The position numbers and the translations under genes were made by a program. A DNA stretch of 64,000 nucleotides from Balanoglossus misakiensis. Lineage: Eukaryota > Animalia > Hemichordata. The notes beneath the pieces are model-generated. The model had not been told where the DNA came from, searched no databases, and worked only from the letters and a program-made list of their open reading frames with translations. Shown one piece after another: positions 51,501-64,000 of this stretch (the first letter of the stretch is position 1; the number at the start of each line of letters is the position of its first letter). The stretch spans positions 1,726,783 through 1,790,782 of the forward strand of contig CM082580.2 in the NCBI GenBank assembly GCA_040954595.2, in the 5' to 3' direction.

Positions 51501-53849
51501 ATGCAAATTAGAAGGGTTGCCAAATACTGCCATGGTAACCAAGTCAAAATTTTTTAAGATACACATGTGAATGAAAATAAGGAAAATGAGGCATAACACA
51601 TCATATAGAGAGAAACGGGGCATAATGTTAAAGGTATACGGTTACCTATGGAAAATTAGGTATACATGTAGTTACCATGGCAAATTGATATCTAGCCAAT
51701 CACAGATTTTCAGTGGGTGGCACACGCTAAAAAAGAACGCCACCATATGTTCTTTAGAACGCTTCAATACTCCATTTCAGCCATATATGGGCGTATGTAA
51801 ATTGAAGGTGACTGTATACCTTTAATTTTAAAGGCATTCGGCGGCCATCTTGGATTATGCAAATTAGGAGATTTGTCCAATACTGCCATGGCAACCAAGT
51901 CGAAGTTGTTTTAGATGCCCATGTGAATGAAAATCCTGAAAATGAGGCATAACACATCACTTTGGGACAAACAGAGCAAAATTTTAATTTTAAAGGCATT
52001 CGGCGGCCATTTTTGATTATGCAAATTAGGAGAGTTGCCCGTAACTCTCTTTTTGACATTAAAATTGTGCTGTTTTAGCTGCTCATATGAAGCAAATCCT
52101 TAAAATGATATATTACACACCATTTTGAGCCAAACTAGGCAAAATGTTAATTTTAGAGAATGTGTTTGGCGGCCATTTTTGATTATGCAAATTAGAAGAA
52201 TTGCCCAAAGTTGCCATTTTGGCAACTAAGCTGAAATTGCTTTAGGGACCCATATGAATGCAAATCAGCAAAAAAACTTCATAGGAAAGAACATTTCTAG
52301 GTTCACCATTGAGCATATAGGACTGTCGACTGGACTATATTTGGACATACATGTTGTAGGTTAAATTGGACATACTTTACAGTTTCTATTTCATTCCGGT
52401 GTGTTTGTGTGTGTGAAGGGTCATGTCTCACCTCTTTCAGTGTTTGTTCCAACATCTCTATAGGCTTCTTCAAATGCTTTGGGTCATCTTTCACCATTTC
52501 TGTTATTTTAAACAGAAGCATAAACACAGCATCTTCTGCTCTCAGGAACATGTTGTGTGTCACGTAGTACTCACACTGTCCAGCAAAATCCATGACAATG
52601 TATTCCCCAACCTTTGGTATGTCGACAGTTTTGACATCAATACCGGGTGTCGGTGTGTACTCAGTCTTGTCCGGTGGAGGGGCTTTTTCTGCAGCTCGTT
52701 GAGTGACATTCGCTTTCCAGAAGCCCTGTATGAAAGCAGTTCACATAAAATTGCAGTAAGCGTTTGTGTTGACAGTGACACTGATGGGCAAGTAACACTA
52801 TCATTTAAACAAACTATTTCACCTGGACATAATGATTATGTGTAATAGATTGTAATAAAAATAGTTTGGTGAACTGTTTATGTATGCTGTATATTACAAT
52901 ATTCAGAAAAAATTCATAAACGAATAATTTAATAGTATCATTGTAATAGATAAAAAACGAACTTGAAACATCGATGATACATTTGAAGTTAAAAACAGTG
53001 TGACCATACAATGCTTGACAAAGATATAAGTACAGATATGATAATTATTGTTACCCGTTGCAAAGATTCCACAAGGGTTGTCTTTCCAACACCACCAAAT
53101 CCACAGACATGAACTCTGCTACTATTTCGGGTGATGCCTGGTTCTTTCATCAAAACACTAAATTCAATCTTCCTCTGTTCCGCCTGATGTTAACAAAAAG
53201 AACAACGTTAACAGCAAGCGACAGCATTCTCAGAAGCCTGGCGAAATATATTGACAAATGGACTGTGATATCAAGTGATCACAACAATTAATGACAAAAT
53301 TTGGCTATGACAGCCTCGTATTTAGTGCACTTAAAGGGACAAAATCTCTCTCACTGCCCCTTTTCCATTAATTATGTTTGATACAAGACACTGTTTAGGT
53401 TAATGTACATGTGGATATATAGTGAATCAATATTCGACCATACACACCTTTCATCCCACTTGTAGACACAAGAGTGAACAAACTCGCCAACATTGATAAT
53501 TGGTCTCTACAGTTTATTCATTTTGGGCGAGTTTTTACTCTCATATCCTACAAACAAAACGGTGTCTTGTATCAAACATAATTAATGGAAAATGGCAGTG
53601 AGAGAGAGACTTTGTCCCTTTAATTCAAAGAACCAAGTAGTGTGATAAGTCTGGTGTGTTATGCATATGTCAAAATGCAGCGATTATGAATTGTGGATGA
53701 AACACTGAATAAGAACGATGATACATGTTAGTATCATTCAGATGAAAGTAACAATAGTATTTTTGTGGCTCCTGCCAGAAATTGTCTTTATTTTCTATTG
53801 TACTCTATAATTTTGATGTAAATGCTTCCTATAATTTTTTGACAAATAA

Positions 53850-53886
<37 letters not shown>

Positions 53887-55751
53887 GTTAAGGGGTTTAC
53901 AGAATTATATAAACAATCTATCAATTTAATAAGCACGGGCGGATTTCCTGTACAATCATTCGTGATACTTCAGATTCATAATTAAGCGCTAAAGACAACA
54001 TTTTTCAAAGTGGCCTATGTATCTAAAATTGCAGACGACGTTTCAACACTTTCGGTTGGAGATTTTCTACCTAATATTCACAAAAAGACCTCGGGTATTG
54101 TTAAACACTATTTAAAACCTTGTTACCCGGTGAGTCTGGTGGCGTGTGTACGACAGATCTGAGGTACAAAACTTCGCTCGAAACCCAACACGAGTTGGAG
54201 ACCGAGTTTATTTACGTACAACATTGTAGCAATTTTTCGTATGTTTGCGCGCGCTCTGGAATCACGCGATGTCAACTGAGTGTGAACGAGCTGTTTCGCG
54301 TCGTGTCGTCTGCCCAGTTTTCGTGGCTAAAACGACAGGAATAATACCCCAGTTGGCTTTAGAATTGCACATATCATGAGATTTGAGCGCCATAGAAACC
54401 GCAGATATCGTGGAACAGGAAGGTTAGTGTTAAAATTATTGTTTTTAATCAAAGTATTGACCTCTGAGTTATGCTACGTTTGTGTCGGTGTCAAACGGAC
54501 GCAATGTTTACAATACAAGGCAGCCAAATAGAATCAGAGAAATGAAGAAATGTTATCACGATATTTTGGATTTCGTGTTATTATTTCTCGGGAATTTTAT
54601 TGTTTTCCCAGACGAGGTGACAGGACAGACACACGAGGCATCTCGCGGTTCCGTTTTCAATGTCGAATTTTATGTTTTGGCTGTATTTGCGTGTCAGCTG
54701 ACAGGTCTTCGCATTCATCAGAAGCTATCGTGCGTCGCTGAGATTTGATTCTTCATAGACGAAAATTATTTCATAACCATACCAAATAAAACATTTCCAG
54801 AAATTTAGAAGTTTGCAGACTTTTCTGCTAGTTGTCTATTTAGTGTTGAAGTCACGCTGAACTGCCAAATTTAACACAGACTCGCTGTCAATACTCAAAC
54901 AGTTTACTTCTACGAGTGTGTCCTGTAACTGCCTTCCTTCGCTAACCATACAACAACAAATAGACGGTAAATGTTTATGCAATACCAATGAATTTATGTT
55001 TTAAAACTGGTCGACAGTCTGGTAATGCATGAACAATCGATTGATTGGATTCCTTAACGATACTATTGTATCTTGTATTTTTTTGTAGTTACACTGTGGA
55101 AATCGGCAGGCTGCATTGCCAGTTTTTCTGCACATGCGCAGTTCCTCTGTCTTGAAAGAAAAGTCAAATTTCACCAACTTATTATTGTGCATTCGGAAAA
55201 TAAACCCCAAATGTTTTCTTTGTGAACAAAAATACTGCCAGTGTGATTTTGTGTTCAAATCCAACCAATTATTATGTAAATTGACTTGTGATACCCTCTC
55301 TTAGCACAAAAAGCATAATTTCAGCCCCAAAATGGTTGCCATAGAAACATGTGATCACTAAACGGATATCATTTTTGTTCTTATTGAGCCAAGATACCCC
55401 TATGGTGAAATTTTTTTGGAAATCGGACCTATTATTATTAAAATTATTATTTTAATATAATTCTTTATTTAATTATTTAATTATTATTATTATTATATTG
55501 TCAGTATTGTCAACAAGTGCACATGTTCCTATTAAAATCACCAAAGTAAAGAGTACAATATTTTAGACCAACCAATTAATGTAAATTAAACGAACATATA
55601 GCCACAGCCATGGTGATCTCATTGATGGTTGTATTACAAGTAAAAGCGTTCCTGTTGAATATGGCAGTTTCTTTGTATTTGTGGGAAATATTACCTTCAG
55701 CAGAGATTTGGCTCTTCTGTCGTATGCAACATCCAGAGGTGACTTTCCTTC
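42573..55751 (-). CDS. Host ROCO gene, DAPK1-like ankyrin-ROC-COR-death-domain protein, 3' part. Exons 55751-55695, 53183-53055, 52725-52432, 48187-48040, 47606-47458, 46305-46120, 43778-42573
   Basis: All seven exons have AG/GT borders and join in frame (intron phases 0,0,0,1,0,0). Ankyrin GKSPLDVA; P-loop GFGGVGKTT; G2 TPGIDV; G3 DFAGQ; G4-like VILIAGRAD; COR IVLDGQWLCSEILGRLM and FTPGLFPRLQ; death-like MDVRRPIGFDYKALADMLG. The 5' exons were not found in the window. Confidence 0.9.
43998..45755 (+). mobile_element. 5'-truncated non-LTR retrotransposon with restriction-like endonuclease (R2/R4/NeSL/HERO group), one frameshift near 44840
   Basis: RT thumb YTYLG and GGMGL; CCHC CKICKHPSEMASHVLNGC; RHN; endonuclease KRPDIIVVD...VEIAIPFD...KFDKY; stop at 45609; AATAAA at 45741. 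Confidence 0.9.
45756..45968. repeat. (TGTA)n microsatellite; a second tract lies at ~43905-43997
   Basis: Read directly; the two tracts flank the non-LTR element. Confidence 0.95.
48707..52304. mobile_element. Palindromic Academ-like relic: two ~1.5-kb 5' ends head-to-head
   Basis: 48727-~50215 is the reverse complement of ~50637-52304; the same ORF appears at 49846(+) and 51019(-). Decayed transposase N-terminus FDLKTYCLFC...DLATAEAQYHITCYGEF. The left end starts TAGTCGAG. Confidence 0.8.
51632..51821. mobile_element. 190-bp MITE with TTAA target duplication and AGG...CCT ends (Kolobok-type)
   Basis: ttaa|aggtatacggttacct...aggtgactgtatacct|ttaa; the opposite palindrome arm has the empty single ttaa (~49205). 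Confidence 0.85.
53335..53619. mobile_element. 285-bp hairpin MITE with TTAA TSD (Kolobok-type)
   Basis: ttaa|agggacaaa...ttccattaattatgtttgatacaagacac ... gtgtcttgtatcaaacataattaatggaa...tttgtccct|ttaa. Confidence 0.85.
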
Positions 55752-56984
55752 CTGTAAGGTGGAGAAAAGATTTAAGCCCATTGATATGATTTGGTTAAAA
55801 CTGCTTCATCACGTTTTATATGGAGTCTTCACAAATCTACTATTTGTAAAACATGTTTGCCTCTGGTTGGAATTTCTTGAGTATCGCAATGTGACAGTCG
55901 GGACAATTTTCATGGTTTTCTAGTGTTAAACTTTAAAGGGGAGTTCTCGTGGCGCTTAGATTGCGCCCTAGGGTGTCTCCCTTGATTAACACATTTCCCA
56001 GAATGCCTCACTATTCTCTGCAAATAAAAATGGCTGCTATGGATAGTAGTTAAGCGAGTTTAATTGACAGTAAAATTTTTTTTTTTTTAAATTAAAAGTG
56101 AAATGAAATGAAATTTCTTTCACCCATGGACTACAGCTGCCGTAGTCAATGGACAAAAGCTGCCGTTAGCCTACAGCTGCCACAGTATCTCGTGACGACG
56201 CTTTGTACACCAGCATGAACGGGGCCGGCCGGGCCTTTCATCGATGCACTTAGCCTGTCTCATAGTATACTATATGTAGCTCAGCATGGCAGGGCTGTGT
56301 TGTTACGGCTCGCCTTAATAACATAGCCTTGCCACGCAGAGCTAGGTTGGGGCCAGCCTGGCCTGTCATGTCTCGTAATAGCTCTGCGTGCTCCAGGCAT
56401 TACATGCACAGCCTCCACCACAGCCCTGGCGCCATAGACAAAACTGGTGCGTCTCGCTTTCTAAAACTTTCATGTTCATGATGTTTTTTTCATGATGTTT
56501 ACCCATGGAGATTAACTCGCTGTACTGTAAGCCTTATATTCAATATGCCGTTCTCAACATGTAAACACACAAAATAAATCATAACGCGAGCGGTTCGGAC
56601 GTTAAGACAAGTTAATCGCATCATATTTGGAGTCGGTTAGGAGGTAGAAGTAGACAGGGAAAGGATTTTGCTTCGATAAAATCGAATTCCGGCCGAAAAA
56701 GCTGCGGTTCCAATCCGTTAAACTCCAAAAATCTTCTTCTCCAGAACGGGCGATGACTGAGTCGCAAGATTTGGGGAGTATGGTCACTACACTGATGTCT
56801 ATCAAGTTTGCAAAGAGCATTGTGATTGGTCGAAGATTATGGCGGCCATATTGGATTTTGTAAAAAGCAGTGAAAAATTGGAATTCCTTTTTCTAGTCTA
56901 AAAATTGATAGCATACAAATTCTTTTTATAGATATCAATCGTCATGTGACTAAAATATGTTACAATTTTTTGGCGATTTTTCAC

Positions 56985-59900
56985 ATGACCTTTGACCTAC
57001 TTATCACGCGTTATTATTTCTGCATATCTAATTCCAGGCTAACCTATAGGGCTAGAAGTTTGGTTTTTGATGCATGTGGATTAGTGTGTGATCAAAATAT
57101 TTTGCTACTTTCCATGACCTGTTTGGCCTCTGCTGACCTCATTAATTATGTGCATAGCTAATTACGGGCGAACCAATAGAGCTAGAGGTTTGGTTTTTGT
57201 TGGACATGGATCAGTATGGGATCAATTTTTTTTGCCCAAATGTTGGGTGACCTCTGGTGACCTTTGACCTACTTTCGCATATCTCAGCATCCAGAGCAGA
57301 TACAGACTTGGCATTTGGCAGGATGGGACCAAAATGTAAAGCCACATTTTTGGGTCACCTGTGACACCTGCTGACCTCATTAAATATGCACATACCTAAT
57401 TACAGACGAACCAATAGAGCTAGAGTTTTGGTTTTTGTTGGACATGGACGAATATGGGTCAAAACAAATTTCTCAAAATTTGGGTGACCTCAGGTGACCT
57501 TTTACCTACTTTACTCTATTTCTGCAGCAAAAATACATACGTCCTTGTTATGTCATAAACACCCGATAGAGCATTCTGTTTCTTCTCATTCATACTGTGC
57601 ATATGTAATTCCGGATCAGCGCTTGGGCCCAACAATGCTGCTTGCAGCTTTAATCTTCTACTTCTTCTTCTTCGTCTGTCATTTTCTTTTGCGAGGTACA
57701 TCTGGAAAACTGCTAAACCTACCAATTTCATACTTGGCACAATGGTGCAGGCCAATGAGAGCTAGTGCAGTACCCTTGTGAATGTTTAATTAGTCACGTG
57801 ACCTGATGACCATATATGGGCAAAATTTTGAAATCGGTCTTATTTGCAAATGAATGGAGATATCAAAATTCTTTTAGCATTTTTTGCGGACCATGTGGTC
57901 AGTGTGAAATATGAAAATCGACCGATTTTTATATTAATTTTTGTATTAAATTTATACCTTTACTTATACCTCTATGGTTAAGCTATATCCATGTCTAATT
58001 GTGGAATTCTGGTCTGTGCAATAGTCCTATACAGTGACTGTCTATTGGTCAGTGAGCACAATGGCACCAAAATAAAAGGCACAATTTTAGGCTCACCTGT
58101 AACACCTGCTTAACTCATTCATTATGTGCATACCTAATTCTGGGCTAACTAAGAGGGCTATAGCTTTGGATTTTGCTGAACATGGACCAGTATAGGGTCA
58201 AATTTTCTTGCCCAAATTTTGGGTGACCTCAGGTGACCTTTGACCTACTTTCCTATATCTCGACATCCAGAGCAGGTACAGACTTGGCGTTTGGAGGGTT
58301 TGGACTAAAATTGAAAAGCCAAAATTGGGGGTCACCTGTGACACATGCCTACCTCATTAATTATGTGCATACCTAATTCCAGACTAACCAATAGGGCTAG
58401 AGGTTTGATTTTTGTTGAACATGGACCAGTATAGGGTCAAAATTTCTGCCCAAATTTTGCATGACCTCAGGTGACCTTTGACCTACTTTTCCATATCTTG
58501 GCATCCAGAGCAGATATACTTATTGCTATGTTGCTATGTGCTATGTTGGCTTGGGCCCGCTATTGCTGCTTGCAGCTATATTCCTCTTTTTTCTTCTACT
58601 TCTTTTTTAGGGCCCAAGCCAAGCAGGCTTGGGCCCTATTGGTATTACTTGGGGTTTTTAGGGCACAAGCGCCCTTAGGCGCTTGTGCCCTATTGGTATT
58701 GTTGGCTTTTTTCTTCTACTGATTTTTTTTTCTTGTGCAGTTTTTTCGGCCACTTTGATCTTGAAAACGGCTGAACCTACAAATCTCAAACTTGGCACAG
58801 TGGTGCAGGCCTATGAGAGCTAGTGCAGTACCCTCGTGAATGTTTAATAAGTCATGTGACCTGATGACAATATATGGGCAAAGTTTTCAAATGGGCCTAA
58901 TTTGCATATGAATGGAGATATCAAAATTCTTTTAGCGATTTTTACGGACCATGTGGTCAGTGTCCTACATGCCAAATGTCAAGGCCGTGGGTTAAGTCTA
59001 TTTTGAGAAGAAGATTTTTTTATTTTTCATATTTTTGGACCCAGCCATGGGCCTATACTTTCTATAGTTAAGCTATGACGCTATGTCCACGTCGGCTGAG
59101 CAATGGTCCTGTACAGTGACTCTCTATTGGCCCGTGAGCAGAATGGGACCACAATAAAAGGCAAAATTTGGGGCTCACCTGTAACACCTGCTTAACTCAT
59201 TAATTATGTGCATACCTAATTCCAGGCTAACTAATACGGCTCGAGGTTTTGTTCTTGTGGGACATGGACCAGTATGGGATCAAAAATTTTTGACAAAATT
59301 TTGGGTCACCTCAGGTGACCTTTGACCTACTTTCCTATATGTCGGCATCCACAGCAGTTACAGACTTGGCGTTTGGAAGGTTGTTACTAAAATTGAAAAG
59401 ACAAAATTGGGGGTCACCTGTGACACCTGCTTATCTCATTAATTATGTGCATACCTAATTCCAGGCTAGCCAATAGGGCTAGAGGTTTGATTTTTGTTGA
59501 ATATGGACCAGTATGGGGTTAAAATTTCTTGCCCAATTTTGGGTGACCTCAGGTGACCTTTGACCTACTTTACCATATCTCGGCAACCCATGCAGATACA
59601 GCCTTGGCATTTGGAGGCATGGAACTCCTAATGGAGCCTAATACTTTACCTCATTAGTTATGTGCATATCTAATTCTAGGCGAACCAATAGGGCTAGAGG
59701 TTTTGTTCTTGTGGGACATGGACCAGTATGGGATCAATAATTTTTGTCAAAATTTCGGGTGACCTCAGGTGAACTTTAACCTACTTTCCTATATCTCGGC
59801 ATCCAGAACAGGTACTGCATTTGTGTTTGGATGGATCGAACTATTAATGGAGTCTTACACTTTACATCATTAATTATGCGCATATATAATTTCAGACAAA

Positions 59901-62300
59901 CCAATAGGGCTAGAGGTCTGGTTTCTGTTGGACCTGGACTAGTATGGGGTCAAAACTTTTTGCCCAAATTTTGGGTGACCACATATTATGGCGCGTAATC
60001 GAGGCAAAAATTAACACCTCACTTTTTGAGTGGAACGCATTTGAATCGGACTCAACCTCATTTGATTTGACGGTCGACACTTTTGAATCGCCGAGGACCA
60101 CATTTGTTTTGACTGAAACGCATTTGAATCGGACTCAACCTCATTTGATTTGACGGTCGACACTTTTGAATCGCCGAGGACCACATTTGTTTTGACTGAA
60201 ACGCATTTGAATCGGACTCAACCTCATTTGATTATGAGGTCGACACTTTTGAATCGCCGGACCACATTTGTTTCGGACTCAACCTCATTTGAGTTGGGAC
60301 AAACCCTTTTTGACTTGGGGTACACTGCATTTGATTTGAGTGACGATACTTTTGAGTTGAGACAAACCGTTTTTGAATTTGAGTCCACCGCGTTCCATTT
60401 GAGGCTCAACTTGTGAATGGGACACCATCTCATTTGATTTGACTCAGGTTTTTCTTCTAATTGATTGTACCAGAATGTGGCTCTCTGAAAAACAACCCTT
60501 CTTTGTAGTGATTAGCTTTGCCCAGACAACATGAAACGTCACAAAGCGTCATGCCCTACGTCACATGACGTCATTAATATATACAGGTGTTTTCTGTTAC
60601 TGAACTGGGGGGTCTGGAAGGACTGACCCGGCACCATATATAGGTTGTGTGTTTCATATCAGTAATAGGTTCCCGCCCGTAGGCAACACATGTAAGTTCC
60701 CAAAAAGTTATATTAGAAACAATGAGACAGGCCTACAAGAGAAAAAAAGTAATGTCTATTTCTACTTTTCAAAAGAAAACATACCCAGCATGCATAGTGA
60801 TCGGACACATTAATTTTTCTAATTAAATTTATACCTTTACTTATACCTCTATAGTTAAGTCTTAGTGTGGAATTCTGGTCTGTGCAACGGTCCTGTACAG
60901 TGACTGTCTATTGGGCAGTGAGCACAAGGGGACCAAAATAACAGGCAAAATTTTGGGCTCACCTGTAACACCTGCTTAACTAATGAATTATGTGCATACC
61001 TAATTCCAGGCTAACAAATAGGGCTATAGGTTTAGTTTTTGTTGAACATGGACCAGTATAGGGTCAAAATTTCTTGCCCAAATGTTGCATGACCTCAAGT
61101 GACCTTTGACCTACTTTATCCTATCTTGGCATCCAGAGCAGGTACAGAATTGGCGTTTGGAGGGTTGGGACTAAAATTGAAAAGCCAAAATTGGGGGTCA
61201 CCTGTGACACCTGCATATCTCATTAATTATGTGCATACCTAATTCCAGGCTAACCAATAGGGCTCTAGGTTTGGTTTTTGTTGAACATGGACCAGTATAG
61301 GGTCAAAATTTCTTGCCCAAATTTTGGGTCACCGCAGGTGACCTTTGACCTACTCTCCTATATCTCGGCATTCAGACCAGGTACAGCCTTGGCATTTTGA
61401 GGGATGGAACTCCTAATGCAGTCTTACACTCTACCTCATTAATTATGTGCATACCTAATTCTAGGCTAACAAATAGGGCTAGAGGTTTTGTTCTTGTGGG
61501 ATATGGATCAGTATGGGGTCAAAAACATTTGCTAAAATTTTGGGTGAGTTCGGGTGACCTTTGACCTACTTTCCTATATCTCGGCATCCAGATCAGGTAC
61601 AGCCTTGGCATTTGGAGGGATGGAACTCCTAATGGAGTCTTACACTCTACCTCATTAATTATGTGCATACCTAATTCCGGTCTAACTAATAGGGCTAGAG
61701 GTTATGTTCTTGCGGGACATGGACCAGTATTGGGTCAAAAAAATTTTGCCCAAATTTTGGGTGACCTCAGGTGAACTTTGACCTACTTTCCTATATCTCA
61801 GCACCCAGAGCAGGTACAGACATGGCGTTTGGAGAGTTGGGACTGAAATTGAAAAGCCAAAATCTAGGGTCATCTGTGACACCTGCATAACTCATTAATT
61901 ATGTGCATACCTAATTCCACGCTAACCAATAGAGCCATAGGTTTGGTTTTTGTTGAACATGACCCAGTATAGGGTCAAAATTTCTTGCCCAAATTTTGCA
62001 TGACCTCAGGTGACCTTTGACCTACTTTACCATATCTTGGCATACACAGCAGGTACAGACTTGGCGTATGGAGGGTTGGGACTCAAATTGAAAAGCCAAA
62101 ATTGAGGGTCACCTGTGACACCTGCATATCTCATTAATTATGTGCCTACCTAATTCCAGGCTAACCAATAGGGCTATAGGTTTGGTTTTTGTTGGACATC
62201 GACCAGTATAGGATCAAAATGTATTGCCCAAATTTTGCATGTCCTCAGGTGACCTTTGACCTACTTTACCATAGCTTGGCATCCAGAGCAGATATGCTTA
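56985..62300 (+). mobile_element. Cluster of head-to-tail HINE-like units with the same core and ~238-bp repeats as 10991-12755
   Basis: The core ttaaatttatacctttacttatacctctat...gggctcacctgtaacacctgc recurs at ~57945 and ~60822 (partial at ~59060); many gtgacctcaggtgacctttgacctactt units; terminal hairpins at 57621-57648, 58549-58576, 58608-58638 and 58659-58692. Confidence 0.85.
60020..60445. repeat. ~21-bp tttga-periodic repeat containing an exact 83-bp higher-order duplication
   Basis: catttgaatcggactcaacctcatttgatt at 60038, 60121 and 60204. Confidence 0.85.
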
Positions 62301-62698
62301 TTCATGGTTCCACAGCTCTCAATCACACTGAACCCTCAGCCAATCAGAGCCGAGAAAAGTCATGCTGTTCACACAACCGCCATTTTGTCCCACATATAAT
62401 CAACAACGTGGCCCAGCCTACAGTACATGCTCAGTTAGAGATAGACAGACTGGAAGTTTTTTTACAGTTATAGGAACTTAATGGTTTTAAAATATCGTCC
62501 AGAATAGTGAAGAGATGCGCCTGGGGGACGTGTAAATCAGATGAAAGGTACCTTGACCCAAAATCGAGTATATTTTTTGTTCCGTTTTCGAAGCCAAAAA
62601 CGCAGAGAGAGAGGTGTCTCAGGTGGTGGATATTAACAGTTTGTGGTTAGATTTTAAACTGACACGTCTTCAATATAAATATTTAACAATGATTTTAT
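62301..62698 (+). mobile_element. Truncated second copy of the 38539-39770 element
   Basis: Near-identical to 38539-38935; interrupts a HINE unit at ...gatatgctta|tt. Confidence 0.85.
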
Positions 62699-62949
62699 CA
62701 TGCCCACCATTTACATGTATATTTAAAATTTGAGAAAGAAATATAGTTTATTAGTACAAAGGTGAATGATTGAATTTGTAAATAAATAATAATAAAATAA
62801 ATTAGTTAAGTAATTTATTAAACACTCTACGTTTTAATGAATTGAAAGTTGAAGAAATCAAGGTAGGTAAATATGAATATACACACATTTAAAAAAATCA
62901 TTAGCATAGTACTGTTTTGGCAATTCATTTCAAATAGATATAATACTCT

Positions 62950-63758
62950 GACAACATAGATTGCTGGCAAAGTCCCATCAAGATTTGCAAAGAAACCTAC
63001 GCCTTCATTTAATTTTAATTCCGTGAAGTAGGCATCTGGCGAAATCTTGACCGGAAGGGCAACTCATCAATTGCAGGGTTGTCAAAAAATTGTGCGGTGT
63101 ACATATCAGTTTGCTCTGACAATGACATCAACTCTAACACATCACCAGGAAAGAACAGCTGAAAAAAGTCAACGGGTGCAAAGTCATCAGTGTCAACTCA
63201 TAAACCTTAGCGACGATCGTATACAGACAAACAGTCCGGTGTGTAATTGTCATTTACGTCATACAAAACCCACCGCGTGTCACCATCAACGTTACGACGT
63301 CCGAGAACATGGCAAAAACCCTCCCTCTCTCTCTGTCTCTACTCTGTTTTCTCCGTGTCTGGCTTCTATTTCTGGTTCTATGATGTTGTTTTCCGTAATT
63401 TGGCCTCCGCTATCGCTATGATCGCTGTCACTATTCTGAAAGACTTGTTCAAGAACTTCGTCGGCATCAAACTGTGCCATTTTTAAAAACCAAGTGAATG
63501 GAAAAATATGATCGGGGCGACCTAAAACCAGCTGTATAAGGAAACCCTTTGATGACAAAATCGACTTGATTGTTTACAATACATATGCGCATGCTCAATT
63601 AGGGTTGACCCCTGTCCTATATATAGCCATACAAAATGAGTAAATAAGCAACGAACATAAAATAGAACAGACCCAGTAACGGACGCGACCTTGGCGCATT
63701 TATGCGCCTCCCGCATTCTGACTGCCGGCGCAGAAAACGCCCTCCCGCAGCGAAAGTG
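62950..63758 (-). mobile_element. piggyBac-like 5' end with decayed acidic transposase N-terminus
   Basis: ttaa|cactttcgctgcggg terminus on the minus strand (TTAA at 63759-63762), followed by MAQFDADEVLEQVFQNSDSDHSDS. No catalytic core or matching second end seen. Confidence 0.5.
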
Positions 63759-64000
63759 TTAAACCCCCCTGAAATTTTTCCTTGCCTTTTTTGCAAAATA
63801 CAGAATAATTTTTCAAGACATCGCGTCCAACATCGCGAAACTTATAATAGGCTAATATGAGCATTTGTGAACAGATAAACAGTTAGGCGTAGGTCGCACT
63901 ATACATGTATAGGGCTTAGTCGATATACTCGTGTCAACAATGGCGCGATTCAAGCGCCTGTACCACCTGTTGCAGTCATCTCAACAACAAGCTGACCGAC

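Noticed and set aside
54005-55433. Possible Kolobok-derived non-autonomous element in a ROCO intron
   Set aside because: The composition looks element-like, but I found no matching second terminus, TSD or coding motif.

Overview
AT-rich, repeat-dense eukaryotic DNA, probably from an invertebrate animal (spliceosomal GT-AG introns, no prokaryotic gene density). Most short ORFs in the track are artefacts of tandem repeats. Left half: a ~131-bp satellite (6.8-33.7 kb) is interrupted by a 1.8-kb Helentron/HINE-type element and by an 8.2-kb, nearly intact tyrosine-recombinase (DIRS-type, ALOG-domain) retrotransposon on the minus strand. That element is the most unusual object here. Its gag, RT-RNaseH-methyltransferase and recombinase ORFs each begin at a phase-0 splice acceptor that a single upstream leader exon could join. 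Its first intron holds ~100 copies of a 27-bp minisatellite. Instead of long ITRs or split direct repeats it has only 23-bp imperfect inverted ends, which on circularisation would form an 11-6-11 dif/att-like site. Right half: decayed DNA-transposon relics (Academ-like, DUF6589-like, piggyBac-like, TTAA MITEs), a cluster of HINE units with interchangeable ends, and seven in-phase exons of a host ankyrin-ROC-COR-death-domain (DAPK1-like ROCO) gene on the minus strand. That gene's introns carry a (TACA)n-embedded RLE non-LTR retrotransposon and a 3.6-kb transposon palindrome. All family assignments come from motifs read by eye, not from database searches.
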